A DNA stretch of 36,539 bases from Streblomastix strix. Its lineage: Eukaryota. A model generated the notes under the pieces. It saw only the letters and a list, made by a program, of their open reading frames with translations. It was not told the DNA's origin and did not search any database. The stretch covers positions 1 to 36,539 of the forward strand of contig SNRW01000042.1 in assembly GCA_008636045.1 (NCBI GenBank), in the 5' to 3' direction. Shown piece after piece: positions 1 to 12,888 of this stretch (position 1 is its first letter; each line of letters begins with the position of its first letter). The translations under genes and the position numbers were made by a program.

Positions 1-2275
1 TCCAATACAAGAAGAAAACATAAGCGTTTGCGATTTATAAAATGAAAATGCATGATTCAAAAATAGTTCATCTCTCAAGTAATAACAAAGGATTGTGTAT
101 GAATTCTATGTTGTCTGCTCATCATGCGCTGAGAATAGTAGCTTGAGACTCGCAAAATCGTCGCGAGGTCAGCATAGACCTAGAGTTAGCCAAAAATGTT
201 TTAAAAAGGAGTTAGTCGGTAATGGCACTGCTAGAGAAAGAGTCAAGAGATAAAGTTGAAGATTCGCCGAAATTTGAATAATTAAAACAAGGTTTGAATT
301 CCAAACAATAAATCGGTAATACTCGCGAGGAAAATAATATTCAGTAACCGCGTTAGCCTGTAAACGCTGGAAGAAGGAAATGTATTTCAAGATTCTATGA
401 ATTCCAATAACCACGGTTCGTACTTTATGCAACGAGCCACCAGTATAATTAGCCTTACTACGGTTTGCCGAAAAGAATTGAATATACTAATCTTCCAATG
501 TTTTATCCATAACAGGCTAGTTTACAACCTGTTTAAAAGAGATCACGCAATATGCCGAATCGCAAATTGCCACAACCTCGCCGAAGATATGAGAACAATG
601 AAACAGCAACAACCCAGACCCCTGCATTAAAGAAGGGATGATCTTGGATGAATCGTGATCAAGATTCGTAAAAAAACTCTGAAACATTTTCCGTTGAAGA
701 ATAAAAAGAATCATGAGATATGAAAACCAATAATAAATAAATTGAGGTTTAGGAACTTTAAGAAACTCACTATTGCGACAACGAAAGTATTTATTGATCA
801 AGTCAGTCAGGAAGTCAAAGAACCCTATCTGAATAAGTAATTCATCAGAATCTCATGTTGGAATGTAATGTGTGCTGCTGAAACAGTCTTGAAATGTGCC
901 GATGTTTCAAGAAATCATGCCATTAATCAGAATAATCTAATAAATTCCAACAGGTTAAGAGAAGTTATAATAAATTATATCGAACATTAGAAATTCAAAG
1001 AGTAACTGAAAGTGGAACTGGAACTTGGAATAATCAAATATGTATCGTAATGCATAATAACTTATTGAAATCTAGCACATATAATTCCTAAAAAGGGAGG
1101 CAGGGGGAGGAAAGTTATAAACTGTCTTAAGCTAGACAAATTGACCTAAACAGCTCATTTCAGAAAGGATAATGCAATTTTAATGATATAATTAATGAAG
1201 AAACAAGACAATGCAAATACATAAGACACGGATAAAGCATCGAATCATATCAACACATCTCATGAACTATAAATATTTCTTGGTTTCAAGTACCATTGAA
1301 AGGCTTATACTTATACAATGGTGCTATTCGTCTGAATCAAAAGACCACAGAAATTTTTCTCAATAATGAAGAAAGAAGTACGATAAATCATAGTAAGGCT
1401 TAAAACTAAAGTTATCAATTATTTAGACCACTTTCTACTTTTATGAATGGATAAGAAATTACTTGAATAAGGTACAAGAGATTTGATTCAATTCACGAGA
1501 GTTCTTGGCTGGAGCATATAACTAGCCAAATATAAAGTGATTCCTCCGAGAGTATTCGAATTTCTAATATTGAAATGGCGATCGATGAATTTGATGGTAG
1601 AAATCCCTGAGAAAAGAAAGATGCAACTTAAGGAGAAGATTAGAAAATGGAAAATGAAGATGATCTTGAGATAAATGGTGAATACTAGGGAAGTCGTAAG
1701 TATTTTAGGGAAACTATACTTTCCATGAAAATCAATCGTGGATGCATCTCTTCACCTAAAATCAATAATACGTTTGAAGACGGATACAATCAAGAGATAT
1801 TGCTGGCATGAGAGAATTTGAATAGAGAGAATCAGTACAGGTAATGGCAACGTATGTAGTAGAATCGGGATGGGGAGCTGTTCCGGTGAAAATAACAACA
1901 GGAGAAAAGAAGCTCTAGCGACAGACGAATGGCGAGGAGCGTAGAACCTCAAATCGCTTAATCTACGAGAGCTTGCTGCTGCACTGATGAGAATGAAGAA
2001 GCTGAGAGCATTTACTTTGAGTATCAGCTCCCTGATTATACGAACTTTCAACGTGGTTACAAAGTTTTTGTTTAAAAAATAGATGACAAAAGGAAAACTA
2101 AAACATTTTGCAAAGAAGATCTGATAGGAAGTTGTAAATCAAGATCCGTTACCGATAATGGTGAACCTTTTCGGAGTGAAGAGCAGGAAAACGGATGTAT
2201 TAAGTCGTCTGGCCAGGAATGGAGAATATATAATGACAAGAGAGGGATTAAAAATTGATGAAATTTAAATGGTGT
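1..2275 (+). mobile_element. Decayed DIRS-like (tyrosine-recombinase class) retrotransposon remnant, 3' truncated
   Basis: The region is more GC-rich than its flanks and holds an RT followed by a DIRS-type RNase H (next feature). 1-850 is uninterpretable and presumed to be a decayed gag-like region. The coding-like sequence ends abruptly at ~2275. Confidence 0.7.
950..2275 (+). pseudogene. Reverse transcriptase + RNase H (DIRS-like pol), degenerate
   Basis: With TAR=Q: ELELGIIKYV...IIPKKGGRGRKVINC...HFRK, DTDKASNHI, FLGFKYH*KAYTY, VINYLDHFLLL (YLDD box decayed to YLDH, ~1420). RNase H-like: ESGWGAV...SLNLRELAAAL...IRTFNVVT...TDVLSRLARNGEY. Several in-frame TGA stops. Confidence 0.8.
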
Positions 2276-2289
2276 TGTTATTTCACTTT

Positions 2290-3189
2290 CTTGAGAAATA
2301 GTGTATGTATATATATTTACTTAATATCTCTCAATATTTTCTAATGGAATAGTTTCAGCTGCTTAATCAGGAGTAAAAACCTTTGTTTTAGTATATGAAA
2401 GTGTTACCCAGGCCAAATAGATTCTTCCTCATTAAAAAGTATTTTCTGATATTGGTACGTCTTAAAATATATAAATATTATCATTGAAATAAGGTAACAT
2501 CAACAAATTTATATCAAAATCAATCATTTGCGGTTTTCCAAGTTCTGATTCATATATAAGTTCGGTTCTAAATTTTGCATTGTCCTTAACATATGTTTAA
2601 TTATGCACATCATATAATGTTCTTCTATCTGGTTTCATAATAATAATATTTTTGCAATAAATAAATAGATCTCTTCCATACTAAGTTGGTTTATTTGGTT
2701 TTAAATGAAGATTAACTCCAACTGTAAATTCATATGGAGTATCTTATCATAAATTTAAATATATAGCTCCTTCTTTTCCTTATAATAGGTTTGTACACAA
2801 TACATCACGTTCTTCAAAATAAATATCTTTAACTATCAAAAACTATTCTATTATTGACATTAATGCATAAATACCGTCATCATTCAGTGTTTTGCATTTC
2901 GTCAATAATATTTATTTAGTATCCAATATTCCTCCATTTTATTATGTTTTAATAGCTCTTCCAGATCCTGATTCTTAAATGCACTCTTAAAAAATTTAAT
3001 AATCTTATAATTGAATAGAACTTCTTGATTTGATGGTTGTTTTTAAAGCTGATCCTCCATCATTTCGTTATTAAATAATCTTAGAAAATGTTGTTTTATT
3101 TATTATCAATGACTATTCTTAGAAATTTGTACGATTTTCAACATTAATCACACTCTTTCCTATTTCGAATAAATAGTTTGAAATTTATG

Positions 3190-3237
<48 letters not shown>

Positions 3238-4400
3238 TCTGTCTATCTAAATTAGATTGCGTTTCAATTCAGGTAACGGATTGTTACCACTTTAAGCAAA
3301 TATACAACTCCCAATTTATAGATAAACATCAATATTATTTGCTGAATTTCCTGTTAATAATATCAGTTGCGATGTTGAAGTAACAAAAAAATTATTCAGT
3401 TTCAAATGATCCATTCAATGTTTAGACCCTTCACCATTACATTAAATAATATATTTGATTCAGAATTACTATCGATTTATACATATTATCATAAGAAAGA
3501 GTTTTATCTTCTCCTACATATTGCGATTAAATTTATATATCATTTCCAAGAATTGTAACTGTATTAATATTGATCATAGTATCAATCATATCATTCTCTA
3601 GTTGAATCATGCTTTCAATGTCAGTAGTTGGGTTATATTATCCTTCAAAAAATAACAGAATGAGTAAAAGTAGGTAATTAATTGATCTGCATTGATTTGG
3701 TTTAATCAGTATAACACTCAATTAATTCCATTGTTATTTGATTAAAATTGTGATTATTTACCTGAATCTATTATATAATTTTCGAATTCGCTTATACATC
3801 TTTTAAATCATCAGAAATATCAGATTCAAATTAACTTGGTGAATATCTGCATTCCATTAGTAGTGATATATCAGATAATTCTGTATTATAATCTATGCTT
3901 CTTACATATTATCATCTAGAGTTTCCAAGACTGCATAGTTATCGAAGCTCATCTAATACAACAAATAATCCTTTATCTTCTTATTCTTTTTCACAATTTA
4001 TATATTCAATTTATTCAAAATTAGAACCATTTTTAATATTATCCCAGTTAATTCCAGAAATAAAGATTCCACTTCCATATCCTTTATGAATATTTATATT
4101 TTGTGGATTTAAAACAGAATGAAAATCAAATGTTGTACGTTAAACTGAAATTTAGCTCTAAGTTGTAAAATCAATATCAATATATATTCCTCCTCCTTTT
4201 CCATCTGATCTACAACAATTAATGAACGAATAGGAATTCTTAATAGAAAATTTATCTGATTACTCAATTGAAGTATAAATTTCTACTCAGTTAAATCCGG
4301 AATATTCAATCAGAGATAAAAAATTTATTTTTATTATTTCAGATCCAACAATAGCAAAAATTTCACTTTATGAACCTGATGTTATGCTTTAATATATTGA
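2290..4400 (-). pseudogene. Decayed GGAI/GGGIY-repeat (pectin-lyase/beta-helix-like) surface protein gene
   Basis: Minus-strand translation gives FINCCRSDGKGGGIYIDIDF (~4170-4230), GYGSGIFISG, RNDGGSALKTTI (~3040-3065), SGSGRAIK, NGGILD and NDDGIYA. It has frameshifts and TGA stops and is interrupted by a (TA)n tract. Confidence 0.5.
3192..3236. repeat. (TA)n microsatellite
   Basis: About 22 TA units seen directly. Confidence 0.95.
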
Positions 4401-5771
4401 GAAATAAAATTATGATAAAATATAACAGATATGTAATAAATAACATTTATAATATATAAATGAATAAATATCAGGGATATAACATATATTATACTAATTA
4501 TAAATAAGAATGTCAATATTTTAATAATAATTTTTGAATTATTCTTTAAATTTTAGTGAAATTATAAATTAAAACATTGTTTGTAAGGATAAATTGCCAA
4601 AATCATTTCCAATTTAATTTATATTAAATGGAAGTTAAATTTATAAAATAAATTAATGTTAATAATTATGTAAAAGTTATATGATCATTTACGTAAATAT
4701 ATTAAAAAATTTGATATGCGTATGATTAAATTACAAATTTATTTCTAAATTTTAATAATCGATTGTTGTTTGTGAATTTAAAATTATTAAAATTATTAAT
4801 TAAGTAACTTAATATATTTTTAAATGTAATATTGTAAAAATTATGTAAAATTACTCATAAAAAAATTTAATAATTTCTTTTTATCTCGATAACTAACTTG
4901 TTTATAATTTTTTTGAATTATAGAAAAGTTTTCTTTTCAATCAATATGTATAAATAGTAGTGAATAATGTCCGGAAAATCATTTTTAAATATCTGAATAT
5001 TACAAATATCTTAATTTCACACATAATGTATATGATAAATCTTGCTGTTTATTATAAATATTTCTATTTTATTAAGTTTTGTGTTTTAAATTTGAATTAA
5101 AATTTAAGTAATTTACTGTAAAAAAATAAAATATATATTTGAATTTTGATTTAAGTATCATTTTCAGCTAGAAAAATTTTGATTGAAAAAATTTACTTTA
5201 AATTTTCAATTAAATTTATTACTATCAGTTTAATTCAATGACACAAAAATTATTCATATTTTGTAGATAATTATCATTGCAGAATCTTTGAGAAAGAACA
5301 AGCCTATTCTGGGTAAATTCACCTTCACAATCTTCACTGAATCTACAATAATTTACTATAATCATATAATATTTAAAGTTATGAAACCTAAAAGTATGTA
5401 TTTTACTGCTGGTAATGTCAAACTTTACAGCAACTAAAAACCTTTCAAATTATGAACGAGAAACACGGTATGCACGGAGAGGATCGTAATCTATATGGAA
5501 TTCTTTAGTTTGAATGCTACAATAAAATCTTATAATAAAATATGAAATTTATAAATTAATTATTGAAAAAAACTGAAATAAAATATGAAAAATAAAAATT
5601 CTTGAATTAGATAAACGAAAAAAGGAAATATTAATCAATTTATAACAAAATGAATTTCGAAATAATTTTCATTAGTTTTTTAAATTATTAAACTAAATTG
5701 TATTTTAAAAATCGGTTATAGTTTTTATTTTACAGTTTGAAGCAAAATAGTTTGTTTAATACATAATTATG

Positions 5772-6200
5772 AGTAGTATATATAGAAAAATTTTGCCGTA
5801 AGTTCAAAAGCAATCATTTTCAAATCAAACTATCTGTGAAAATTCACAAAAAAGTAAATTGTTATACATATTAATTATTTTTAATTTATAACATCCAATC
5901 TTCCCCAAAACTACCGAATAAACGTTCATATATTCAATAAATGTCCATACAAAAATAAGAATGAATAAATTAATGAATATATTAACGATTATAATCAATC
6001 GACACGCATTAATACCAAAAACTACCGAATAAACGTTCATATATTCATTAATTGTCCACACTAATATGAAGCATGAATAAATCAATATATATATATATAT
6101 ATATATCCGGACACATTAATCCCAAGACTACCGAATAAAAGTATTGGAAAGCATTAATCCACAACGCTAAGGCATAACGTTAATCCTGTGTGCGGCTTCG
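5772..6200 (+). repeat. Putative left terminal (inverted) repeat region with ~110 bp subterminal tandem repeats
   Basis: AGTAGT at 5772. The core CTACCGAATAAA recurs at 5911, 6022 and 6128 (periods 111 and 106). The first two copies extend as ...CGTTCATATATTCA.TAA.TGTCCA.AC. An (AT)n tract lies at ~6086-6106. Confidence 0.65.
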
Positions 6201-6766
6201 GAGGTTTATTCAAAATTGTTTACGATTTGGACAAACTGCTAAAATAATTGTGGATCAATAATTGCATTGGTAATCCTTATGATTTATATTTCTTTATTTA
6301 TTTAACAACATCTTAAATATTATTATTTAATAAATGAATTTTCAGTTCTCTATCTGATTAATTCTTCTAAATCAAGATATGGATTAGTATAATTAATTTA
6401 TGGACTTTTATATGGTTTTGCTATTCTTTTTCGAACTTATTTCTTTGAAGGTTTTTCTCTAGCATCACTTATTGGTGTTTCTTCGTTTTCATTTTAATCT
6501 TCTTACGGCTCATAAGATTAAAAATCTTCATCATCGTCAGTTTATTTTTAAAGTTATTTTTAAACTTTTTTCTTTGGTTCAAATCCTCCTCCAAGGGCTT
6601 ATAACAATGACTTATTCAATTGTGTTTAAAATAATTTTTTAAGTGTCTTCTTTCCTTCTTCGAACACTTTAATATCTTTATTAATTCGTATTGTATATCC
6701 GATGTAAAAGTATTCAATATTTGTTCAATTCTCTATCATATTCTTTAAAGCGTGTTGTAAGTCCAT
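6200..6766 (-). pseudogene. Polinton hypothetical protein (charged), frameshifted
   Basis: ATG at 6766: MDLQHALKNMIEN*TNIEYFYIG...LQALGGGFEPKKK / DDEDFQSYEPQED...NYTNPYLDLEE. Has a stop and frameshifts; the 3' end is uncertain. Confidence 0.45.
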
Positions 6767-6822
6767 TTGAATATTTTTAAATTAGGAAAATGATAAAGGG
6801 CATAGAAAGAAATTCAATTCGC

Positions 6823-7513
6823 ATGTCAAAATCCAAAAAATAACTGATTGAAATTAAAGATAAAGAACTTACGGATGAAGATAAAAAAGATTTGCAATTG
6901 ATCGATGATGCAATTAGCAGGTTTAAGTCAATGCAATTCATCGATGAAATGACTAATCCAAAGGAAAATATAACTTAAATTGAGACTTAAATTATTACAA
7001 TAACACCTGAATGGATTGATCCTTATATAATTAAAAATTATTAAATATTAAAGTTAATAAAATAAAGATAAATATAATTAAATTGACCGAACAACAGCAT
7101 AAGTAGACCTTGAGGAAGTAGTTAAAAAAACTTATCTTTCTTATCCAAATCTTGAAGTAATGAAATTCATTATTGATCGAATTTAGGCTAAAGTTACTAC
7201 AAGAAAAATAGGTGAAGATTTTATACTTTCATCAGAGATTTTTTTTAAACTTTGATCAATACTTACTTAAAAGAATGAAGATGATATAGAAATTGCATTA
7301 GAAGAACCATTATTGAGATCCCATTCATGCATAAGTAAATCATATAAAAAGAAAGAATTAATAAGAGTAATGGATATTCTAATTAAAAATGTTAGTAAAT
7401 CAGTTATTGATAATAATTTTTTTAATTTTATTGAGAAACTGTATCGAATTAACAAGGACTTTGTTCGTTTATCAGATGCATCTACATAAGAGATAACAAA
7501 ATATGATTTTTGA
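6823..7513 (+). pseudogene. Polinton hypothetical protein, frameshifted
   Basis: MSKSKKQLIEIKDKELTDEDKKDLQLIDDAISRFKSMQFIDEM...TPEWIDPY with TAR=Q. It continues after a frameshift to a TGA at ~7513. Confidence 0.5.
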
Positions 7514-7560
7514 AATAACTTTTTTAGCTTTCTATTTTTTTTTACATTTAATTATTTTTA

Positions 7561-8800
7561 CTGACAACAAAATTGCTTGCACAATCTGTAGTAGTTAAAG
7601 GTAAATTACTTGTTCATCCTCATAATATACTAAAAGAAATATATATAGAAATTATATATTAATGTGGAGATGATTCCTATTAACGAACATTAAAAAAATA
7701 TAATAAAAATTACTGTAAGCTACTAAAACGATATGGAAATAATCTTAATTATCCATAATAAGTTTATATAATGATTGAGAAGAGAAATAATGACCATATT
7801 GATGAAATAGCTAAATAGTATACATAACAGATGAAGTATCTTAGAGAATACACATCTAATTATCCTATACGAAACTTTATTGAATATAAAGTAGTCAAAT
7901 ATAGCGAACCAAGATAAATAGTTGAATAAATGTAAGTACTTACAAAATATAATTAATACGGATAGTTTGAAGTTAAATTTGAAGATAGTAGTATAGTTTA
8001 CTATGTTGAAGAACGAAAAACCTATTATTTTTGTATAAAAAATGGATCAAAATTTTAGTGATTTAGATATAATCGATGAAGATGAATAGATTAATTAGTA
8101 AGAATAGATTAGTAAAATAATATAATAATAAGAAGAGTAATAAAAATAAATTAAAGAACGTAATACATTATTATAAGTTAATGATTATGAGATAATGAAG
8201 TACTTTAATTATTTGAGTTAATTCTTTAGGAATTCAGTCGATTTTATTAATTTACAAACCGGCTAGATTATTCGTGAAGTAAAGATATTTCTATAACCTA
8301 TCGTAGCTGGAAAATTTTTAAATAAGTTGGAATAAGTTACTAAATTCTATTAGCAAATGGAGATACTATTGGTAAAGATTAAATTGATTATGAACCGATT
8401 GGAAATTCACGTTACTCATCAATTACTTATGGAATGTATGAGTAATTAATTTTTGGTATTTTAACTACATAAAATAGTAGAGTATATATATCATTGAAAA
8501 TAACTCATTAAGATCCTAGTACAGTATGTTTATCAGCATATACTTTATTCTCAATCGTTGATAATCTTATAAAACCAAAATTTATTGGATCACCAAAAAT
8601 ACATACCATTAAATGCAGTTATGTTAGCGACTAAAGGTTATGGTTATCCAATGTTATGGAATGGATCAGCTCTTTTAGATTGTCATGTTAATCCTAATGG
8701 AAATGTTGCAATAAATACAATATGCTTACTTAGTTTACCTGATGATTTTTGTGTATAGGTTTGTGATTCATATGCTATTCATAATTATTCAGCAAATTGA
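7561..8800 (+). pseudogene. Polinton protein(s) with a fibre-like C-terminal part
   Basis: Long reading frame(s) with TAR=Q. QILLANGDTI (~8345) is followed by a beta-rich globular-like region (GYGYPMLWNGSALLDCHVNPNGNVAINT) and a TGA at ~8800. Frameshifted. Confidence 0.45.
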
Positions 8801-8968
8801 GTAATTTTAAAAATATTTAAATAGATGGATTCAATGAAACAATTATTTACACTCTTGATTAATTGAACATTAACTGGCACGCTATCTTTAAAACTATATG
8901 GGAAGCAGCAATCAAATATGCCTGTGAATCAATGGTATGTAAATGAAAAAGTAATTTATTTTGATAAT

Positions 8969-10953
8969 TCATTGTGGTTCAATAACTCTACCAGCAAGCT
9001 CCTCAATAACGCCAATATTTAGTACATAGGGTATTGAACTCTCATCAAATATAATTTTTGCAAATGCATCATATAAGTAATGCATCATAAGAGTAATTGA
9101 TGTTTTAGTAGGATCAGGATATGCTCTAGTTCCAATGAATTATTTGAAATAATTTTAGTTCTATGTTGGACTTATATTTGATGAATCAATAATTCCTTTA
9201 GTCAAATTTCCTTACAAAATCATTTATTTATTGGTTCTAAAACCTAGTTTTGAGTAGTTATATCCTCGCATAAATGAATCATTAGTAGTTAACTTCCATA
9301 TGAACATATATTTATTAGGATACAGTGTTTTAACAGCTTTACTTCCACTATACAATGTTGTTAAATAGAAAATGTTAGAAGTTTTTTATGTATGTCGGTA
9401 TTATCTATCCATCCATAGAAATGACTCTTATCATCAATATTCAAGATCTCGAATGTAATTGAATGATATAGATCTGATGGAGCACCAACAACATCTTAAT
9501 CAACGAAACAATCAATCATTTATCCATTATTTCCTTAATTTAATCATTAATATGGTTATGGGATAACATTATTCTAATCAATATCTAGATTAAGTCCTGT
9601 GAATAATACAGGGAAAAACCATGTTGAATATTATAGCATAGTAAATGTCATAAATAATGCCTTTATGTTAGAAAATGACATAATGCTTTATATTGATCCA
9701 TTTTCTTCATCAAATCCGCAAAATGGAAAGTTTGATGATTATTTTCTAAATACTTTTGTGTGAATGTTAACTATTTTTGTTATTTTATCATATTATTTAT
9801 AACTTCTTCATTTTTTATATTTTAGCATACGTTCTAAATCTCCAACATATCGAATTTTGTTGTACCAATCTAACTAATTGAATTTTGTGGTATGTTAACA
9901 CTGATAGTTGCATTTTACATATTTACTATTCTTACATTATATCTCTCATATTCAAGAGTCTTATTTACTTCTCCTATTTTAGCTAAAAGATATACAATAT
10001 CAGGTTTCTCAGGAGGAATCATATGATAAGTTAAATGATTATTTTATACAATATCATTTTTTTAAGCCAAACAACCTTTAAATCTTATAGGAAATCTGAT
10101 ATCTATAATTATAGATGTAATGTTGCATAATTACGAGTATGAACAGGAAAAAATTTTTATATAGGATTTAGTTAATTAAGATCAAGTATTTGGCAGAACG
10201 TTATATCTTAAGGGATTTTATAATAAAATGGTGTTGTAACAGTTTCAGCAGTTGCTTATCTATCAATTTCACGAAGTCGGATATCAATAAATACTCCATT
10301 ATGACGTTTTCCTTCAATCATACTTTCTAATGGTGAAACTCTAACGCTATTTTTAATGCACAAATCACTTAGAGAATTTCCACTAATTACTGCTTATTCT
10401 CTTGAATAGATTGCTGATCCATATAATGTTGTTGCATCTTTCAATTGGTAGAATTAATTGAATGGTCCGCACGCAGTTGAGAATCCAATCCATAGTTACA
10501 AATGACCTGACATTTCTCTTCCATCAGCTGTTTTACTATAATATTTTAATGTTGCTTATAACATTTATCGCCCAATCAGCTGTTGAATCTTCTTTACAAT
10601 TGAAATTAGTTCATGCATTTAATTTTGCAAGAGTATCTCATTCAATAGCTGTTTTATTTAATTATATAGCTAATGTTTGCTGGTATTACAATTGTCCAAT
10701 TTACTTAAAAAGTTTAAACAATTAAACGTGCAGATTTGTCTCTTGCTCCAAATAGTGTTCGAGTATATTTAACTCCACTAGATGTAAGTTCTGTTATAGA
10801 AGAATTGAAGAAATTTTGCTTTGATATTTCAAAGAATTGAGGATGGATAGATAATGATTTTAGAACTTCTCCAAGTTACATATATTCACCAACGTAATCA
10901 GAACGTTGCGAATTTGATAATCGTCCAAGATAATCACTAGATTTGATTGACAT
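8969..10953 (-). pseudogene. Putative major capsid protein (double jelly-roll type), frameshifted
   Basis: About 660 codons: MSIKSSDYLGRLSNSQRSDYVGEY...WIGFSTACGPFNQF...LDLNQLNP..FPVHTRNYATLHLQL...MMHYLYDAFAKIIFDESSIPYVLNIGVIEELAGRVIEPQ*. The call rests on size, beta-rich pattern and context, not on a search. Confidence 0.55.
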
Positions 10954-11019
10954 TTCATTGAAACAAAAATTAATGAAACGGAATGGATATTTATGTTAAA
11001 AGTTTATATAATAAATCAA

Positions 11020-11245
11020 ATGGGTTTCATCTCTGGAATAGCAGATTTTGGATCAAAAATATTAAGTGGCGTTAAGAAAGCTGCACAATGGGTAGCACCT
11101 GCATTACAAAAATTTTGTCAACAATATCAAGTCCTGTTGGAATGAATCATCTAGCTCTTGGAAATGCATTAAGTGCAGAAGCTAATGTCGCAGATGTTAT
11201 GGATCGACTTTTGAATAATGTTAATGTCAGCGTAATTTATTTTTG
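11020..11245 (+). pseudogene. Small amphipathic-helix protein, adenovirus pVI-like (membrane-lytic candidate), one frameshift
   Basis: MGFISGIADFGSKILSGVKKAAQWVAPALQK, then after a frameshift ILSTISSPVGMNHLALGNALSAEANVADVMDRLLNN. Confidence 0.55.
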
Positions 11246-11250
11246 TAAAA

Positions 11251-12888
11251 ATGAACGATTCAATATCACAACAATAAATCCAGACAGTTAGATAATTTAT
11301 CACTAACGATATAGCTTACTATAATCAATATTAGAAATAAGGTGGATCAAGTGGTGGAATTATGTCAAAGAAAGAGTAATAATTATTTATAGATAATGAT
11401 AATGCATTAATCCACGCTACTAATAATTAAATCGTTGGTGGAATGGCATTAGATTTTGCGTTGAAAATAGAGCCTAATGGTTTATTAATGATAAAAAAAT
11501 TGAAATTGATTGGTTTTGATTTTGTTGCTTAAATTAATTAGTTGATTAATTAAGTGAATTAATTATAATAATCTATTGGAACAACTGATTAGGATATATC
11601 TGATATAAAAAATGATATTGATACTATTAATCAAGAAATATCACGATAAATACATTTCCGATGATTTCATTTATTGAATAATGAAATATAAAATTTACCT
11701 AATTCCGCTAATGGATATTTTTCAATTAGTGCTGAAAGTGGAACAGTATGGATGTATGATTAAAATTGGTATAATAATGGAGATATTGTTCCAGATTAAA
11801 TAATGCTTGCAAGAGAAGCAGCCCCATTATCTGATGGTATAGCAATTACAGGAATTAGCACAGAATATTCACGTAGAGATCATATACATCCCCAAAAATA
11901 TTACAACTTCTGTACCGCCAAATGAATCTGCTAGTGATTCGGTAGGCACAACAAATTATTATGCAAAAAACGATCATTCACATCCTCTCAATATAACAAC
12001 TTCAATATCTCTATAAGATAGTGTTGGTGGATCGGTTGGTACACCTAATTATTATGCTAGAAATGATCATTCACATCCAATTGATTTATTGAATAATATT
12101 TCAATAATATAAATAGTTAATGGTGTTTGTGCTAATGGAACATCTGCTTTTTACGCTAGAAATGATCACGTTCATCCATAATAATTGACATATTATGGTA
12201 TATTACAGCAACTAAGTTCATTAAACTAAAAGATTAGCAATTGAAATATTATGTGCTAATGGAGATTCAAAGTCTATATTTGATTTTTGTAATGATTTTT
12301 TTTATTAAAACAGGAAAAACGTTACAAGTAGTATAAGGATTATTACATTATGGAGGATAACCAGATAGTAATGATGATTATCAAACTAGAAAGTAAATAT
12401 ATTAGTCATATGTTAACAAAATATAAACGGAGACAATTGCTGGAAAAAAAATTTTCAAAAACAAATAACTTGAAATATAACAATCAGGATCAACTAATAC
12501 ATTATTGTTGTTCAATAAAAATAGTAATTATTTTTGAATAATTAGTTAATGATGATCAAATTGTTACGCTAATTAATTATAGTGGATCTAAACAACTACC
12601 AAAATTATATATATATTTAAATTTCAGAGATACATGTTTAGCATCATAATATTCAAAAATTAAAATACCAAAAAGATTTGAATTAAATACTGGAACAGCT
12701 GATTCATTCGCAGGAGTTACTTCAAAGTTCATAACAGGATAATTGGCAATTTATGCACTTCAAGTAACATTGTTAATAATCCGTTAGGTTTTGTAATTGT
12801 ATTGACATCTGAAGCAAATTATACGACTAGAGGATTACGCATATCTCCTGATGGAAATACATTAACGTTCAATGGTAGAAAAGTTTGA
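11251..12888 (+). pseudogene. Tail-fibre-like protein with YARNDHxHP repeats
   Basis: MNDSISQQQIQTVRQF..., a coiled-coil segment (DISDIKNDIDTINQEISRQ), four repeats YSRRDHIHP/YAKNDHSHP/YARNDHSHP/YARNDHVHP, then ITATKFIK...EILCANGDS, ending GLRISPDGNTLTFNGRKV*. Has frameshifts and a TGA. Confidence 0.65.

Noticed and set aside
5905..6146. CRISPR-like repeat-spacer array
   Set aside because: Only three copies, the intervening sequences are themselves similar, the period is ~110 bp, the context is eukaryotic and there are no cas genes. Better explained as subterminal tandem repeats.
950..12888. Diversity-generating retroelement (RT + fibre target gene)
   Set aside because: The RT is followed by RNase H and is DIRS-like and decayed, and it lies outside the virus. 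No template/variable repeat pair with adenine-specific mismatches was seen.
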